DNA from: an uncultured Thiomicrospira sp.
GTDB taxonomy: Bacteria; Pseudomonadota; Gammaproteobacteria; CAKMZV01
Length of the DNA stretch: 64,000 nucleotides
NCBI GenBank assembly: GCA_965195345.1
Contig: OZ239628.1
Coordinates: 1,440,001 to 1,504,000, forward strand
Reading direction: 5' to 3'
The position numbers and the translations under genes are program-made. Shown piece after piece: positions 48,409 to 57,296 of the stretch; positions within the stretch are counted from its first letter, which is position 1; the number at the start of each line of letters is the position of its first letter. The notes under the pieces were generated by a model, which saw only the letters and a program-made list of their open reading frames with translations, was not told the DNA's origin and did no database searches.

Positions 48409-49254
48409 ATGAATAATATAAAAATGTTGCACAGAATTTCTATTGATGGCGAAGCTATTCATGGCATTTATAGAGCAAGACAACTCGGCTTATCTTATGA
48501 TTACGAAGCGTTAATAAATTACCTAGATACACAGTTGAATAATAAATACCTCTTGGGGTCGTTAAAAGAAGCTATTTTAGATTCTCAAATAATCCATTTA
48601 ACTTTTGATGACGGTTATGTTGAACACCTTGAAGTTGCACGGAGATTGAAAGAGCGATACAACTTGAGACGACAAGATATTACTTTTGCAATTAATGTGC
48701 GCAATAGCACTAAAGATTTAAAAATCTGCACAGATTGGTTTTATTTGATGATGCATGATAATAAAGCAGAAACTCTAATAGAACTACTTTACCAATCAGG
48801 CTATAGCAAGAGTTTAACAACTAATGACTTAACATCTTCTTTTGAGGATATTAAATCATTCATTTTCAGGAAAAACATTACCGAGATAAAACAATTTTAT
48901 AAAGCGTTATCTAAAGTAATTAAATTATCGAATCACCCTCCATTTTTTTTGAATGAGTATCAGGTTTTAGAATTATCTAAATTATTTTCAATTGCTTCCC
49001 ACTCTATAAATCATATATATTTAAATAATCTAAAAGACAAGGATGCACTTTATGAAATAGCGCAATCTAAATTAGAATTAGAGAAAATAATTAAGCAAAG
49101 CGTGGATGTATTTTGCTACCCTGATGGAATAAATACAAAGCGTTTACAGGGGTTATGTCAACAAACTGGATATAAATATGCATTATCTATTAAACAAGAT
49201 GCACAGAAGCATAATCCGTACTGCATACCAAGGTTTGCAGGAATTGAAACATAG
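48409..49254 (+). CDS. Polysaccharide deacetylase (NodB/CE4) family protein
   Basis: LTFDDGY, ASHSINH, FCYPDG, IPR. Confidence 0.88.
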   Translation: MNNIKMLHRISIDGEAIHGIYRARQLGLSYDYEALINYLDTQLNNKYLLGSLKEAILDSQIIHLTFDDGYVEHLEVARRLKERYNLRRQDITFAINVRNSTKDLKICTDWFYLMMHDNKAETLIELLYQSGYSKSLTTNDLTSSFEDIKSFIFRKNITEIKQFYKALSKVIKLSNHPPFFLNEYQVLELSKLFSIASHSINHIYLNNLKDKDALYEIAQSKLELEKIIKQSVDVFCYPDGINTKRLQGLCQQTGYKYALSIKQDAQKHNPYCIPRFAGIET

Positions 49255-49326
49255 CCGTAGATAATTTAGTGATTCATGATGAGATGCTCTTTTACAGGAA
49301 TAATATTGAGAATAAAGGTGCGTTAG

Positions 49327-49476
49327 AAAGAGAACGTATTTCAAATACCAGATTTTTGTGAAAATCATGTTTTCATAGGAGCTAATTCAACTGTTCTACC
49401 TGAATGTGTTGTAGGTGAAGGAGCCACAATAGGAGCAGAGCATGGAAAAGGTTATGCAGAAGAAAGCCATGTATAA
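49327..49476 (+). pseudogene. Hexapeptide-repeat acyltransferase remnant
   Basis: Frame bounded by stops with no start: ...ENHVFIGANSTVLPECVVGEGATIGA..., a typical left-handed beta-helix repeat. Confidence 0.7.
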
Positions 49477-49797
49477 ATGGGGTAGATTTTGATAAATGGT
49501 CTAGAGAAAGATTAAAGCATACAGGTAATATTAGGCAACACAACAAAAGTAAAACTGATAAATTAGTCCCCGTTAGTGATATTGATATGGTGTTGAGTAT
49601 TCAATTGTTCGTTAGGATAGAATTAGGGCAATATGAAAGACATCTGGATAGTTGATAAGATTGCTGACAATCTTCAAGAAGTGAACAATAATTCCTTTTC
49701 AGAAGGGCATCAGCCTTTAGGACTTACAGCTGGTGGATATTTATCACATGCGAAAGAAACTCAAGAATGGATAAGTTTGAGAACAATCTGATTTTTC

Positions 49798-50631
49798 ATG
49801 AATTTCGAAAATACATTATTAGATAAAAAAGAAATAGAATCTTTTCTGCAATCCATTAATGTACATCAAAATACTGACCAACTAATACAGTTAGAGCACA
49901 TTATTAAAGGAGTTATCTATAACATTCCATTTAATAATTTATTTCTATTAAACTCTCAAAGTATAAGACCTACTAGTCAAGATGTGATTAACCTCATGTT
50001 AACGGGTCAAGGTGGTTTATGTGATGTCATGAACCCTTTTCTTTATCTAGTATTTAAATCATTAGGTTATGAGATCGCATTCATGTCAGCGTCAATGGAA
50101 TTTCCGCATTGCCATATTATTCTAAAAGTTTCGATTAAAGGAAGAAAATACCTAATAGATGCTGGCAATGGATATCCTTATTTAAATCCTTTACCTTTAG
50201 ATGAAGAACGGTTTTTTTCGCCGCGACAATTTTCACATCGCTTATTCAATTACAAAGTTGAATCCCAACAAGGTAAATACTATATGTTTCATAAAACGAG
50301 AGGTAGTAAGCAATGGAAAGCCGATTATAATTTTTATGATAAGAGTGTTTTGTTCTCTAGCTTTGATGACATGCTTAAAAAACAATACACTAAAATTGGT
50401 TGGGGACCATTTCTTAAAAGCATTCAAATAAAAAAATGGACTAATTCAGGAGGATTGTTTCTAAGAAACAATTTTTTCTGGGATGCAGATAAAAATATTA
50501 AAAAACGAATTAGCAACCCAGCAGAATTACATCATTGTTTGCAGAATAATTTTCATATTGAAATGGAACCATTAAACGTTAATAAAATTTGGAATATTTG
50601 GCAAAGCAATATAATGAATGTGCATGAATAA
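49798..50631 (+). CDS. Arylamine N-acetyltransferase family protein
   Basis: IPFNNL, GGLC (catalytic Cys), HCH, YLIDAGNG. Cys-His-Asp triad present. Confidence 0.88.
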   Translation: MNFENTLLDKKEIESFLQSINVHQNTDQLIQLEHIIKGVIYNIPFNNLFLLNSQSIRPTSQDVINLMLTGQGGLCDVMNPFLYLVFKSLGYEIAFMSASMEFPHCHIILKVSIKGRKYLIDAGNGYPYLNPLPLDEERFFSPRQFSHRLFNYKVESQQGKYYMFHKTRGSKQWKADYNFYDKSVLFSSFDDMLKKQYTKIGWGPFLKSIQIKKWTNSGGLFLRNNFFWDADKNIKKRISNPAELHHCLQNNFHIEMEPLNVNKIWNIWQSNIMNVHE

Positions 50632-51772
50632 AATCGTAAATAATAAAATTTTTGATATAGACGACTCTAAGTTAGCTGAGTTTTATCAAGAGCATGGCTG
50701 GGTTATTGTGAAAGGTATTTTTAATTCAAACGAAATAAAAAGTCTAAACTTACAGCGGCAAAATATGGTTGAAAAGTATTCTAAAGATATTGGAGTGACT
50801 TTAGAAAAATACCTGTCAGAAATTAATCAATGGAGGGACTTATGGTTGCATGGAGGTACATTTGAAGATGCTATTTTCAACGAAAAAAAAATCCAATCAA
50901 CTGTAAAAAAAGCAATGGACTGGAATGGTTTGCAACTTCTACATGACCACATCATTTCTAAGCCAATTACAAATAATGATAAGATTCCATGGCATCAAGA
51001 CTCTATGTTTTGGCCAGTTGATAGACTCGGTTGCTCAAGTTGGACGGCTTTACAAGACACTTGTATTAATTCAGGATGTCTTGAAATATTAGACTGCAGT
51101 CATAAGAATGGATGTGCAGAACCTATTGATTTCATGCAAGAAGAAAAAAATGATTTTGACATAGGCTTGAAGCATATTCAGTTACCAGTAAAAACTGGAG
51201 AGACTATTATCCTGCACAGCCTAACTTGGCATCGTTCATCACCTAATATCAAAATTAATAATAGAGCTGCCCATATATCCTTATGGATACCTCCTTACTC
51301 TAGATGGCGTCCAGATTTAGTAGACTGGCATCCAATTAATGAATTTGTCGAAACCCAGTCTGGTGAGTATTTAAGAGGTGACAGAAATCCTATTTTTGGT
51401 GAAGTAGACGACTATTCAAAACCTAATAGGGTGATCCATGCAGGAACGAAAAACAAGACTGATGATATTACGATGTTTGATTCAAGTAAAAGAATCAGTA
51501 AACAGCTTTCAAGAATTTTAATGAGAGATGGAGATATCACAGCTTTACTTTCATCAGAAAGGAATAAGAAGGCAATTATTAGCAAAACATCTGAGGCGGG
51601 TATTTGTAAAGATGAAAATCTATTGTCAGAAGTATTGCACAAATTGTGGCTTTCACATGCTGCGTATAAAAAGAATAAGTCCAGAAATGTTTTTAATACT
51701 GCCTATGCTAAATGGTGGCAAATAGCAGGAAAAAATTGGGAAAAAATACACACAAAGAACAACTATGAATAA
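50618..51772 (+). CDS. Phytanoyl-CoA dioxygenase (PhyH) family Fe(II)/2OG oxygenase with a C-terminal extension
   Basis: FYQEHGW, PWHQD..FWP, WTAL, GCL....SHK, HSLTWHRSSPN. Confidence 0.88.
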   Translation: MCMNKIVNNKIFDIDDSKLAEFYQEHGWVIVKGIFNSNEIKSLNLQRQNMVEKYSKDIGVTLEKYLSEINQWRDLWLHGGTFEDAIFNEKKIQSTVKKAMDWNGLQLLHDHIISKPITNNDKIPWHQDSMFWPVDRLGCSSWTALQDTCINSGCLEILDCSHKNGCAEPIDFMQEEKNDFDIGLKHIQLPVKTGETIILHSLTWHRSSPNIKINNRAAHISLWIPPYSRWRPDLVDWHPINEFVETQSGEYLRGDRNPIFGEVDDYSKPNRVIHAGTKNKTDDITMFDSSKRISKQLSRILMRDGDITALLSSERNKKAIISKTSEAGICKDENLLSEVLHKLWLSHAAYKKNKSRNVFNTAYAKWWQIAGKNWEKIHTKNNYE

Positions 51773-52044
51773 AGTTTCAGTAACAGAAGGTTCCGGTTTT
51801 ATTGGCTCTCAATTTAGTGGAGGCATTAATTAGTAGCGGATATTATAGTAACCAATATTGATTTATGGGAATGCAAAAAAATCGTGGAAATGCGTTCAAG
51901 AGAAACAGCAATGTCATCTATATTATTGAGTTCAATGCAACTAAAAACATATTGAATTATGAAGTTCAAATGTCACTTGAAGAAGGTATTAGCAAAACAA
52001 TTCCTTACTACGAAAATATTTGGCAGAAAGTTCAACAGATATAA
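51765..52044 (+). pseudogene. Internally deleted NAD-dependent epimerase/dehydratase
   Basis: N-terminus MNKVSVTEGSGFIGS (frameshift) LVEALISSGY joined to the C-terminal NATKNILNYEVQMSLEEGISKTIPYY. Most of the gene is missing. Confidence 0.8.
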
Positions 52045-52059
52045 ATTGATTTCTCCAAA

Positions 52060-53388
52060 ATGAAATATGAATTGTGGGTGGGTTTAGCTACATCAAAACC
52101 AGAAAATCTAAACAAGTTATTAACCAGTTTTATAAATAATAATATTGAGGAACTGCCAATTATAAAGAAGCTGAACTTTATAATTTATGTCAATGCTGAG
52201 GAACAATCATTATTCCATGACTTGAGTGCAGTTAAAAATCTGAATTGTTTATTAATACCGAACCAAGAAATCAAATCAAAACCGTTCCAAAAGTTTTCAA
52301 TAGCTCAAACAAGACAGATTATTCATCAAAACTTATTCAAACGAATACATAAAAAATGTAATGTTGTAGCGTGGATCATTGATGATGACACAGAAATTGA
52401 TCATAGAGTAGCTCATTACTTAAACTCTATGCCCATTTTTTTTGAGAACAATATTGATGTGGTTATCAGCCCATGTGATGGGGAATCAGCAAATTGTTTT
52501 TACGCTGGACTTAGGGTTCAACTATTTGACATTTATGAAAATTATAAATGGCTAAAATCTTTACCGCCGAATGACATCTTACCTGATAAAAGTAAAGATA
52601 ATTTTAAATTCCGTAGGCAATATCCAGAATATTATTATGACCTTACACAACTACATAGTGCGCATTTAAAAATCCCTTATTGGTTAGAGCCTGAATTTGA
52701 ATCCGAAACAGTTACTCAAGCAATCACTAGATTATTAGCAAACGCAAATCAATTATTGAACGGAAGAACCGTATCTAGAAAACTAATACATGATGTCCCT
52801 GACAATCTTTTACAACACGCAAAACCCTCAATTAATGCAGGAGGTAATGTTTTTGTGCTGAATGCCACAGCACTACTAACCCCAAACATCACTATCACTT
52901 TAGAAAATAGAAGTGTAAGAAGATCAGATATGATCTGGTTATTGATGAATATATCCATGCATCAAATGAACATTGTATCTACAAATTTGCCTATTATTCA
53001 TTTAGGAAGTAATGAAGGTCAAATCTCTCAAGAAAAAATGATTGACGAGTTGATTGGAGCATCCTTTGTGCACGCATTAAAAGAAATTGTAGGTGACAAT
53101 CACAGCTGGTGCTTTAGCAACCAAGAAAAAAAGAAGTTAGAAAAACTTTTCATAGCAAAGCTAAAACATAGAAACAATTTGTTTTCAGAGAATGTTATTT
53201 ATATAAAACAATTGATTAAAAAAATGCAATCACACCCACAACTAAGGACTTTTGGCACTAAGTGTTTAATTGCTTTTGATGAAAAAATGAACAATATTGT
53301 TCTTGAAGTAAACAAATTCATCTCTAAAGACATTGACCTAGAGTTGTTGTATAAAAACATCAGCAATCAAGTGACAAAAAATGTTTGA
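52060..53388 (+). CDS. Hypothetical protein, GT-A glycosyltransferase-like
   Basis: SIAQTR followed by VAWIIDDD (DxD-like) and later NAGGN and RRSD motifs. Family is uncertain. Confidence 0.55.
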   Translation: MKYELWVGLATSKPENLNKLLTSFINNNIEELPIIKKLNFIIYVNAEEQSLFHDLSAVKNLNCLLIPNQEIKSKPFQKFSIAQTRQIIHQNLFKRIHKKCNVVAWIIDDDTEIDHRVAHYLNSMPIFFENNIDVVISPCDGESANCFYAGLRVQLFDIYENYKWLKSLPPNDILPDKSKDNFKFRRQYPEYYYDLTQLHSAHLKIPYWLEPEFESETVTQAITRLLANANQLLNGRTVSRKLIHDVPDNLLQHAKPSINAGGNVFVLNATALLTPNITITLENRSVRRSDMIWLLMNISMHQMNIVSTNLPIIHLGSNEGQISQEKMIDELIGASFVHALKEIVGDNHSWCFSNQEKKKLEKLFIAKLKHRNNLFSENVIYIKQLIKKMQSHPQLRTFGTKCLIAFDEKMNNIVLEVNKFISKDIDLELLYKNISNQVTKNV

Positions 53389-54406
53389 TAATTACTGTAA
53401 ATTAAGTTATAAAAACCTTGCCCAAGGTGCTTTATACCAGACAGATTCAGATGATAGTTCTTTAAAAATAGTTAGCTCTATGCCATTGGAATCTTTTAGA
53501 AATAAAAAAAATCCTGTTGTTCGTATTCATTCATCTTGTTTTGCCTCAGAACAGATAGGCTCTAGGGATTGTGATTGCAACGACCAATTAAAATCATCAA
53601 TATGGTACATAGCAAATCTATCAAACGGCATTATTTTCTATCTTGATCAAGAAGGAAGAGGTCACGGCACTTCAGGGAAAATTTCTATTATGAATGAAAT
53701 GCATGGCAATAACTTTGACACATACCAAGCATGTGATGCATTGGGATTAGCAGCAGATATTCGAAATTATGATAAAGTGATAAAAATTCTTAATAAATTA
53801 AACATTTATTCAATAATTTTAATCAGCAATAACCCTTTAAAAGAGCAAACATTAACAAATAATGGAATCAAAGTATCGAAACGTGTCATACTCCCTACCC
53901 CTATTAGAGAAGAAAATTTAAACTATCTAGAGTCTAAGAAACAAAAAAAAGAACATAAAATTTCATTGCATAAATTTGACAATGAAAAGAAAATTTATTT
54001 CTATAATCCTAAAGAGGCACATGGTTACCTATCTAACCTATCATTATATGAAATGAAAGTAAATCACTCTAAATGGTACAGTGTAGAGCATTTCTATAAA
54101 GCGCACAAGCATATTAATAATGACATTAATACTGACAAACATTTACGATTTTTAAAACAATTTGAAGCACAAAACGGCATCCATCAAGATTGGGAAGCTA
54201 TTAAAATATCAGTGATGTACACAGCTCTATGCACTAAGTTTACACAGCATGCCGAACTGCATAAGAAACTTATCAAAACAGGTAACGCCCAATTAATAGA
54301 AAAATCCATTAATGACTACTTCTGGGGCATAGGTGAAGATTTCAGTGGTCACAACTGGATGGGCAAACTTCTTATGTACCTTCGAGATAATTTAATTACG
54401 AAATGA
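53381..54406 (+). CDS. GTP cyclohydrolase II fused to a NADAR (YbiA/COG3236) N-glycosidase domain
   Basis: VRIHSSC..SEQIGSRDCDCNDQL, QEGRGHG, D.RNY, SNNP.K, YL..K. Then YLSNL...SVEHFY...KFTQH..L...L..TG...IE...DYFWG...G.N.MG.LLM..R. Confidence 0.9.
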   Translation: MFDNYCKLSYKNLAQGALYQTDSDDSSLKIVSSMPLESFRNKKNPVVRIHSSCFASEQIGSRDCDCNDQLKSSIWYIANLSNGIIFYLDQEGRGHGTSGKISIMNEMHGNNFDTYQACDALGLAADIRNYDKVIKILNKLNIYSIILISNNPLKEQTLTNNGIKVSKRVILPTPIREENLNYLESKKQKKEHKISLHKFDNEKKIYFYNPKEAHGYLSNLSLYEMKVNHSKWYSVEHFYKAHKHINNDINTDKHLRFLKQFEAQNGIHQDWEAIKISVMYTALCTKFTQHAELHKKLIKTGNAQLIEKSINDYFWGIGEDFSGHNWMGKLLMYLRDNLITK

Positions 54407-54666
54407 ATATTGGTGTTGAATTATTCGAGATAATGCTAACAGTCATGCTCGTTTTGATTGGGCTATCGCAAGTTTTCATCTTGTCTAACCAAAAGCATCA
54501 AAATTAATTATCTTTGTTGCAAAACTATAGATTGGCAGTGAAATGCTTAGGCAAGGGAAACCTCTCAGAGTTAAACGCCAGCATTTTCATTATTGAATTA
54601 GTTATACCCAATGATGAATATTTATTATATAACTTAACGGAGGAAAATCAGACTAAGAATAGAAAA

Positions 54667-54843
54667 ATGAATAAACCAAATATCTTTGATTGTGGTTCCA
54701 CCGAATTAACACAAGATTCTGTTTTAGCTTATATAGCTTCTTGGGCAGGTGAAAAATATAAAGACTGTTCAGAGTATAAGTATAGTCAAGAATTTTTGAA
54801 GGAAATAATCAGCGAGTTTACCTCGGGTAAGATAGCGCGGTAA
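54667..54843 (+). pseudogene. Truncated PD-(D/E)XK nuclease family protein (N-terminal remnant)
   Basis: MNKPNIFDCGSTELTQDSVLAYIASWA resembles the PNIF...ELSQD..I.W...WA start of PDDEXK_4-type proteins. Stops after 58 aa. Confidence 0.55.
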
Positions 54844-54864
54844 TCCAATCAAAAAGTAATCTTA

Positions 54865-55199
54865 TACACGCACACATAGTTTTAGCACATCCAGAGAAAG
54901 AATATTTCAATGCACACTTATCAGATATCTAGCAACAAGTGCTCGGTGTCGCCGGATGACAAACCACGCTGTCTAACCCCTACGACATGGACTTCGACCC
55001 ATGCGAAGGGTCGCGTCACTACAGCTCTCGCAAAGACGCAAAGGTTTTTCACGCTCAAACCAAACAGCGTTACAACGCAGACAGTGAAACCTTACCAGCA
55101 GAGGTGGAATCGGAAATACAACACTTGCTGGAATGCAATCTGCTGATCGTTTATTTCCCATTGTGGTGGTTCGGCATGCCCGTAATACTCAACAGGTAA
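54865..55199 (+). pseudogene. NAD(P)H:quinone oxidoreductase (flavodoxin-like, KefF/MdaB family) remnant
   Basis: IVLAHPEKEYFNAHL then a stop. Later LPAEVESEIQHL..CNLLIVYFPLWWFGMPVIL then a stop. Confidence 0.8.
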
Positions 55200-55541
55200 G
55201 CCATTCATAGTATCGACATATACTTCCTGTAAATGTTCAGACATTTTTATCGTGTGTAACATCAACTTTGGCTTTAAGAAGGAGAAATGTTTTCAAGTAG
55301 GTTAAATATTGGTTCTTCTCGTGTAAGCACTTCAAAAATATGACATGGTTAATTTAAAATGAGCGGAAGATAAATTAATTTGCGATAATTGTTTAATAAT
55401 TTTTTTGAAAAAAATTGAAAAAATCAAGGTATTCGGATTGCAAAACCTGTTGAAATTACACTTTTTATTTTTGAATGTAACCGAGTATTCCGAGGATAAC
55501 TCAAATGAAGTTAAACGTATTTTAAGATAGGAGATTGATTC

Positions 55542-56195
55542 ATGTCAAATATAGCAGGCAAAGCTTATGCAATGAATGTGATTACTCCAAGTAAAAGAAA
55601 AATAACTTGGATTAATCGTTTTATTTTTATGTTAGCACGTGGACTACCTAGTCAGCTCGCAGGTCTAATGGGTCTTTCTATAATTCATTTTGCTCGGTGG
55701 ATTTTGATAAAACCTTGTCAATGGCCAGATTTAGGTCAAGGTCAGGAAAGTCTGAAAAATGACTATATGATGTTTTGTTCAAATTTTAACGGCACATGGG
55801 ATCAATATATAGATAGCTTTTCAGATGGCATTCCAGATGGGCTTGATCTATTTTGGTATACAGCAACAAAATATCCTAATTCAATTCCTATTAAACCGTT
55901 TAAAAGCTATATCACTGCTAATCAGATCGATACTAACTATTACTATAACGCTACTCCCGGTGCTGCACAAAGAGATATTATATGTGCGATGCGTGTTTAT
56001 AGTGAGTTGCTCGCTCTGTCAAAAAAACACGAAAATGAAGATGCCGAGGCGTTTCAAGATTCTTATCAAAAAGCTTTAGCCAAAGTCCAAAATTGTTTGG
56101 GTGATATGGGTTATGCTCCATTAGCAAGTTTGGCGACAGAGAGGGCAAGCATAAATCATGAGTCTTTTCTTAAAGGACAGAAGACTTTGAATTAA
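55542..56195 (+). CDS. Hypothetical protein, first gene of the DyP-P450 operon
   Basis: AGGAG RBS. Motifs IHFARW and FCSNFNGTWDQYIDSF. Confidence 0.85.
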   Translation: MSNIAGKAYAMNVITPSKRKITWINRFIFMLARGLPSQLAGLMGLSIIHFARWILIKPCQWPDLGQGQESLKNDYMMFCSNFNGTWDQYIDSFSDGIPDGLDLFWYTATKYPNSIPIKPFKSYITANQIDTNYYYNATPGAAQRDIICAMRVYSELLALSKKHENEDAEAFQDSYQKALAKVQNCLGDMGYAPLASLATERASINHESFLKGQKTLN

Positions 56196-56244
56196 AGAAG
56201 ACAATGAATATTTTAAAATTTTCAAGAAAATAGTGAGATAAAAA

Positions 56245-57255
56245 ATGCCAAATTTTGATACAGGACATTATTTTTTAACAACTCTTGCGCCTATAAAAAA
56301 AGGCACAATGGTTAATAATGATAAAGAAGTGCTTTCGTTTGCACAAAATTTACAAAGAGTTTTGGACACTTTGCCAACGGCTCTGCAATCTCCAGCGACA
56401 GAAAAAGTGGGAATAAATAGCCCATTTGTACGAGAAAAAAGCACACATTTTTGTAGATTCACTATTATTAACAATGTCGTTTTTAATGGTCGAAATAAAT
56501 CAAATGTTCTGTGGCGTGTTCTTGAAAAGATTAACCCTCTTATTCCTAATCATGTTGATAGTTTAAAGAGCGAATACCTGATGTTTGTCGTTGATTTTGA
56601 TGCTGTAATGAGTATTGGTGATTCGTTACCCGACACCTTGAGTCTACATGAGCAAAATGAAGTACGCAATGCTTACGCTAAGAGATTATGGCAGCATTTA
56701 CAGACAGAAATACAAAAAATATATAGTAATTGTGTTGGGTTTGAAAAAGTTGAAACTGCAGAAAATTTTGCACAGTATATAGAAAAATGTCAGATAGAGA
56801 CTACTATGTCATTTAATGACTATTGGATTAACCCGCCAACACTTCATCGCTTGTCAATACCTATGCTAGCAGCTTTAGTGGGAACTCCTATTGTGGTGGC
56901 TCTTGTCAGTTTGCTCTGCTTTATTTTTGGTAGATCACATATTCCTATTTTAGGTTGGTCAAGTGGCTGGAGTCTTGCCTTAGGTAGTCTATCAATTGCT
57001 ATTGCCCTGTATGTTGCCTATCTTTATATATTGTGGAATGGTCGTAAACCTATGTCACCAGGCAAGTACGCAGATCTACCATCTGTTTTAAAATCACTAT
57101 ATATTCAACAGAATTTCAAACAGTTTGCCATAGACGCCCAATCTATGAGTAAAGACGATTTATATAACAATTTTGGGGAATTTTTAAAACAGCATAAATT
57201 GCATCAAAAAAATTCCCCAACGCAAAATGCTGGCGTAATCGATCTTAAAGGGTAA
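56245..57255 (+). CDS. Hypothetical membrane-anchored protein, second gene of the DyP-P450 operon
   Basis: THFCRF and LMFVVDFD, two hydrophobic segments at about residues 203-262. Confidence 0.85.
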   Translation: MPNFDTGHYFLTTLAPIKKGTMVNNDKEVLSFAQNLQRVLDTLPTALQSPATEKVGINSPFVREKSTHFCRFTIINNVVFNGRNKSNVLWRVLEKINPLIPNHVDSLKSEYLMFVVDFDAVMSIGDSLPDTLSLHEQNEVRNAYAKRLWQHLQTEIQKIYSNCVGFEKVETAENFAQYIEKCQIETTMSFNDYWINPPTLHRLSIPMLAALVGTPIVVALVSLLCFIFGRSHIPILGWSSGWSLALGSLSIAIALYVAYLYILWNGRKPMSPGKYADLPSVLKSLYIQQNFKQFAIDAQSMSKDDLYNNFGEFLKQHKLHQKNSPTQNAGVIDLKG

Positions 57256-57296
57256 AAAACTTTGATAATATTTAGCAGTATACAAGGAGCATAATC

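Noticed and set aside
54514-54666. N-terminal extension of the 109-aa ORF
   Set aside because: TTG start without support. Recognisable similarity begins only at the ATG at 54667.
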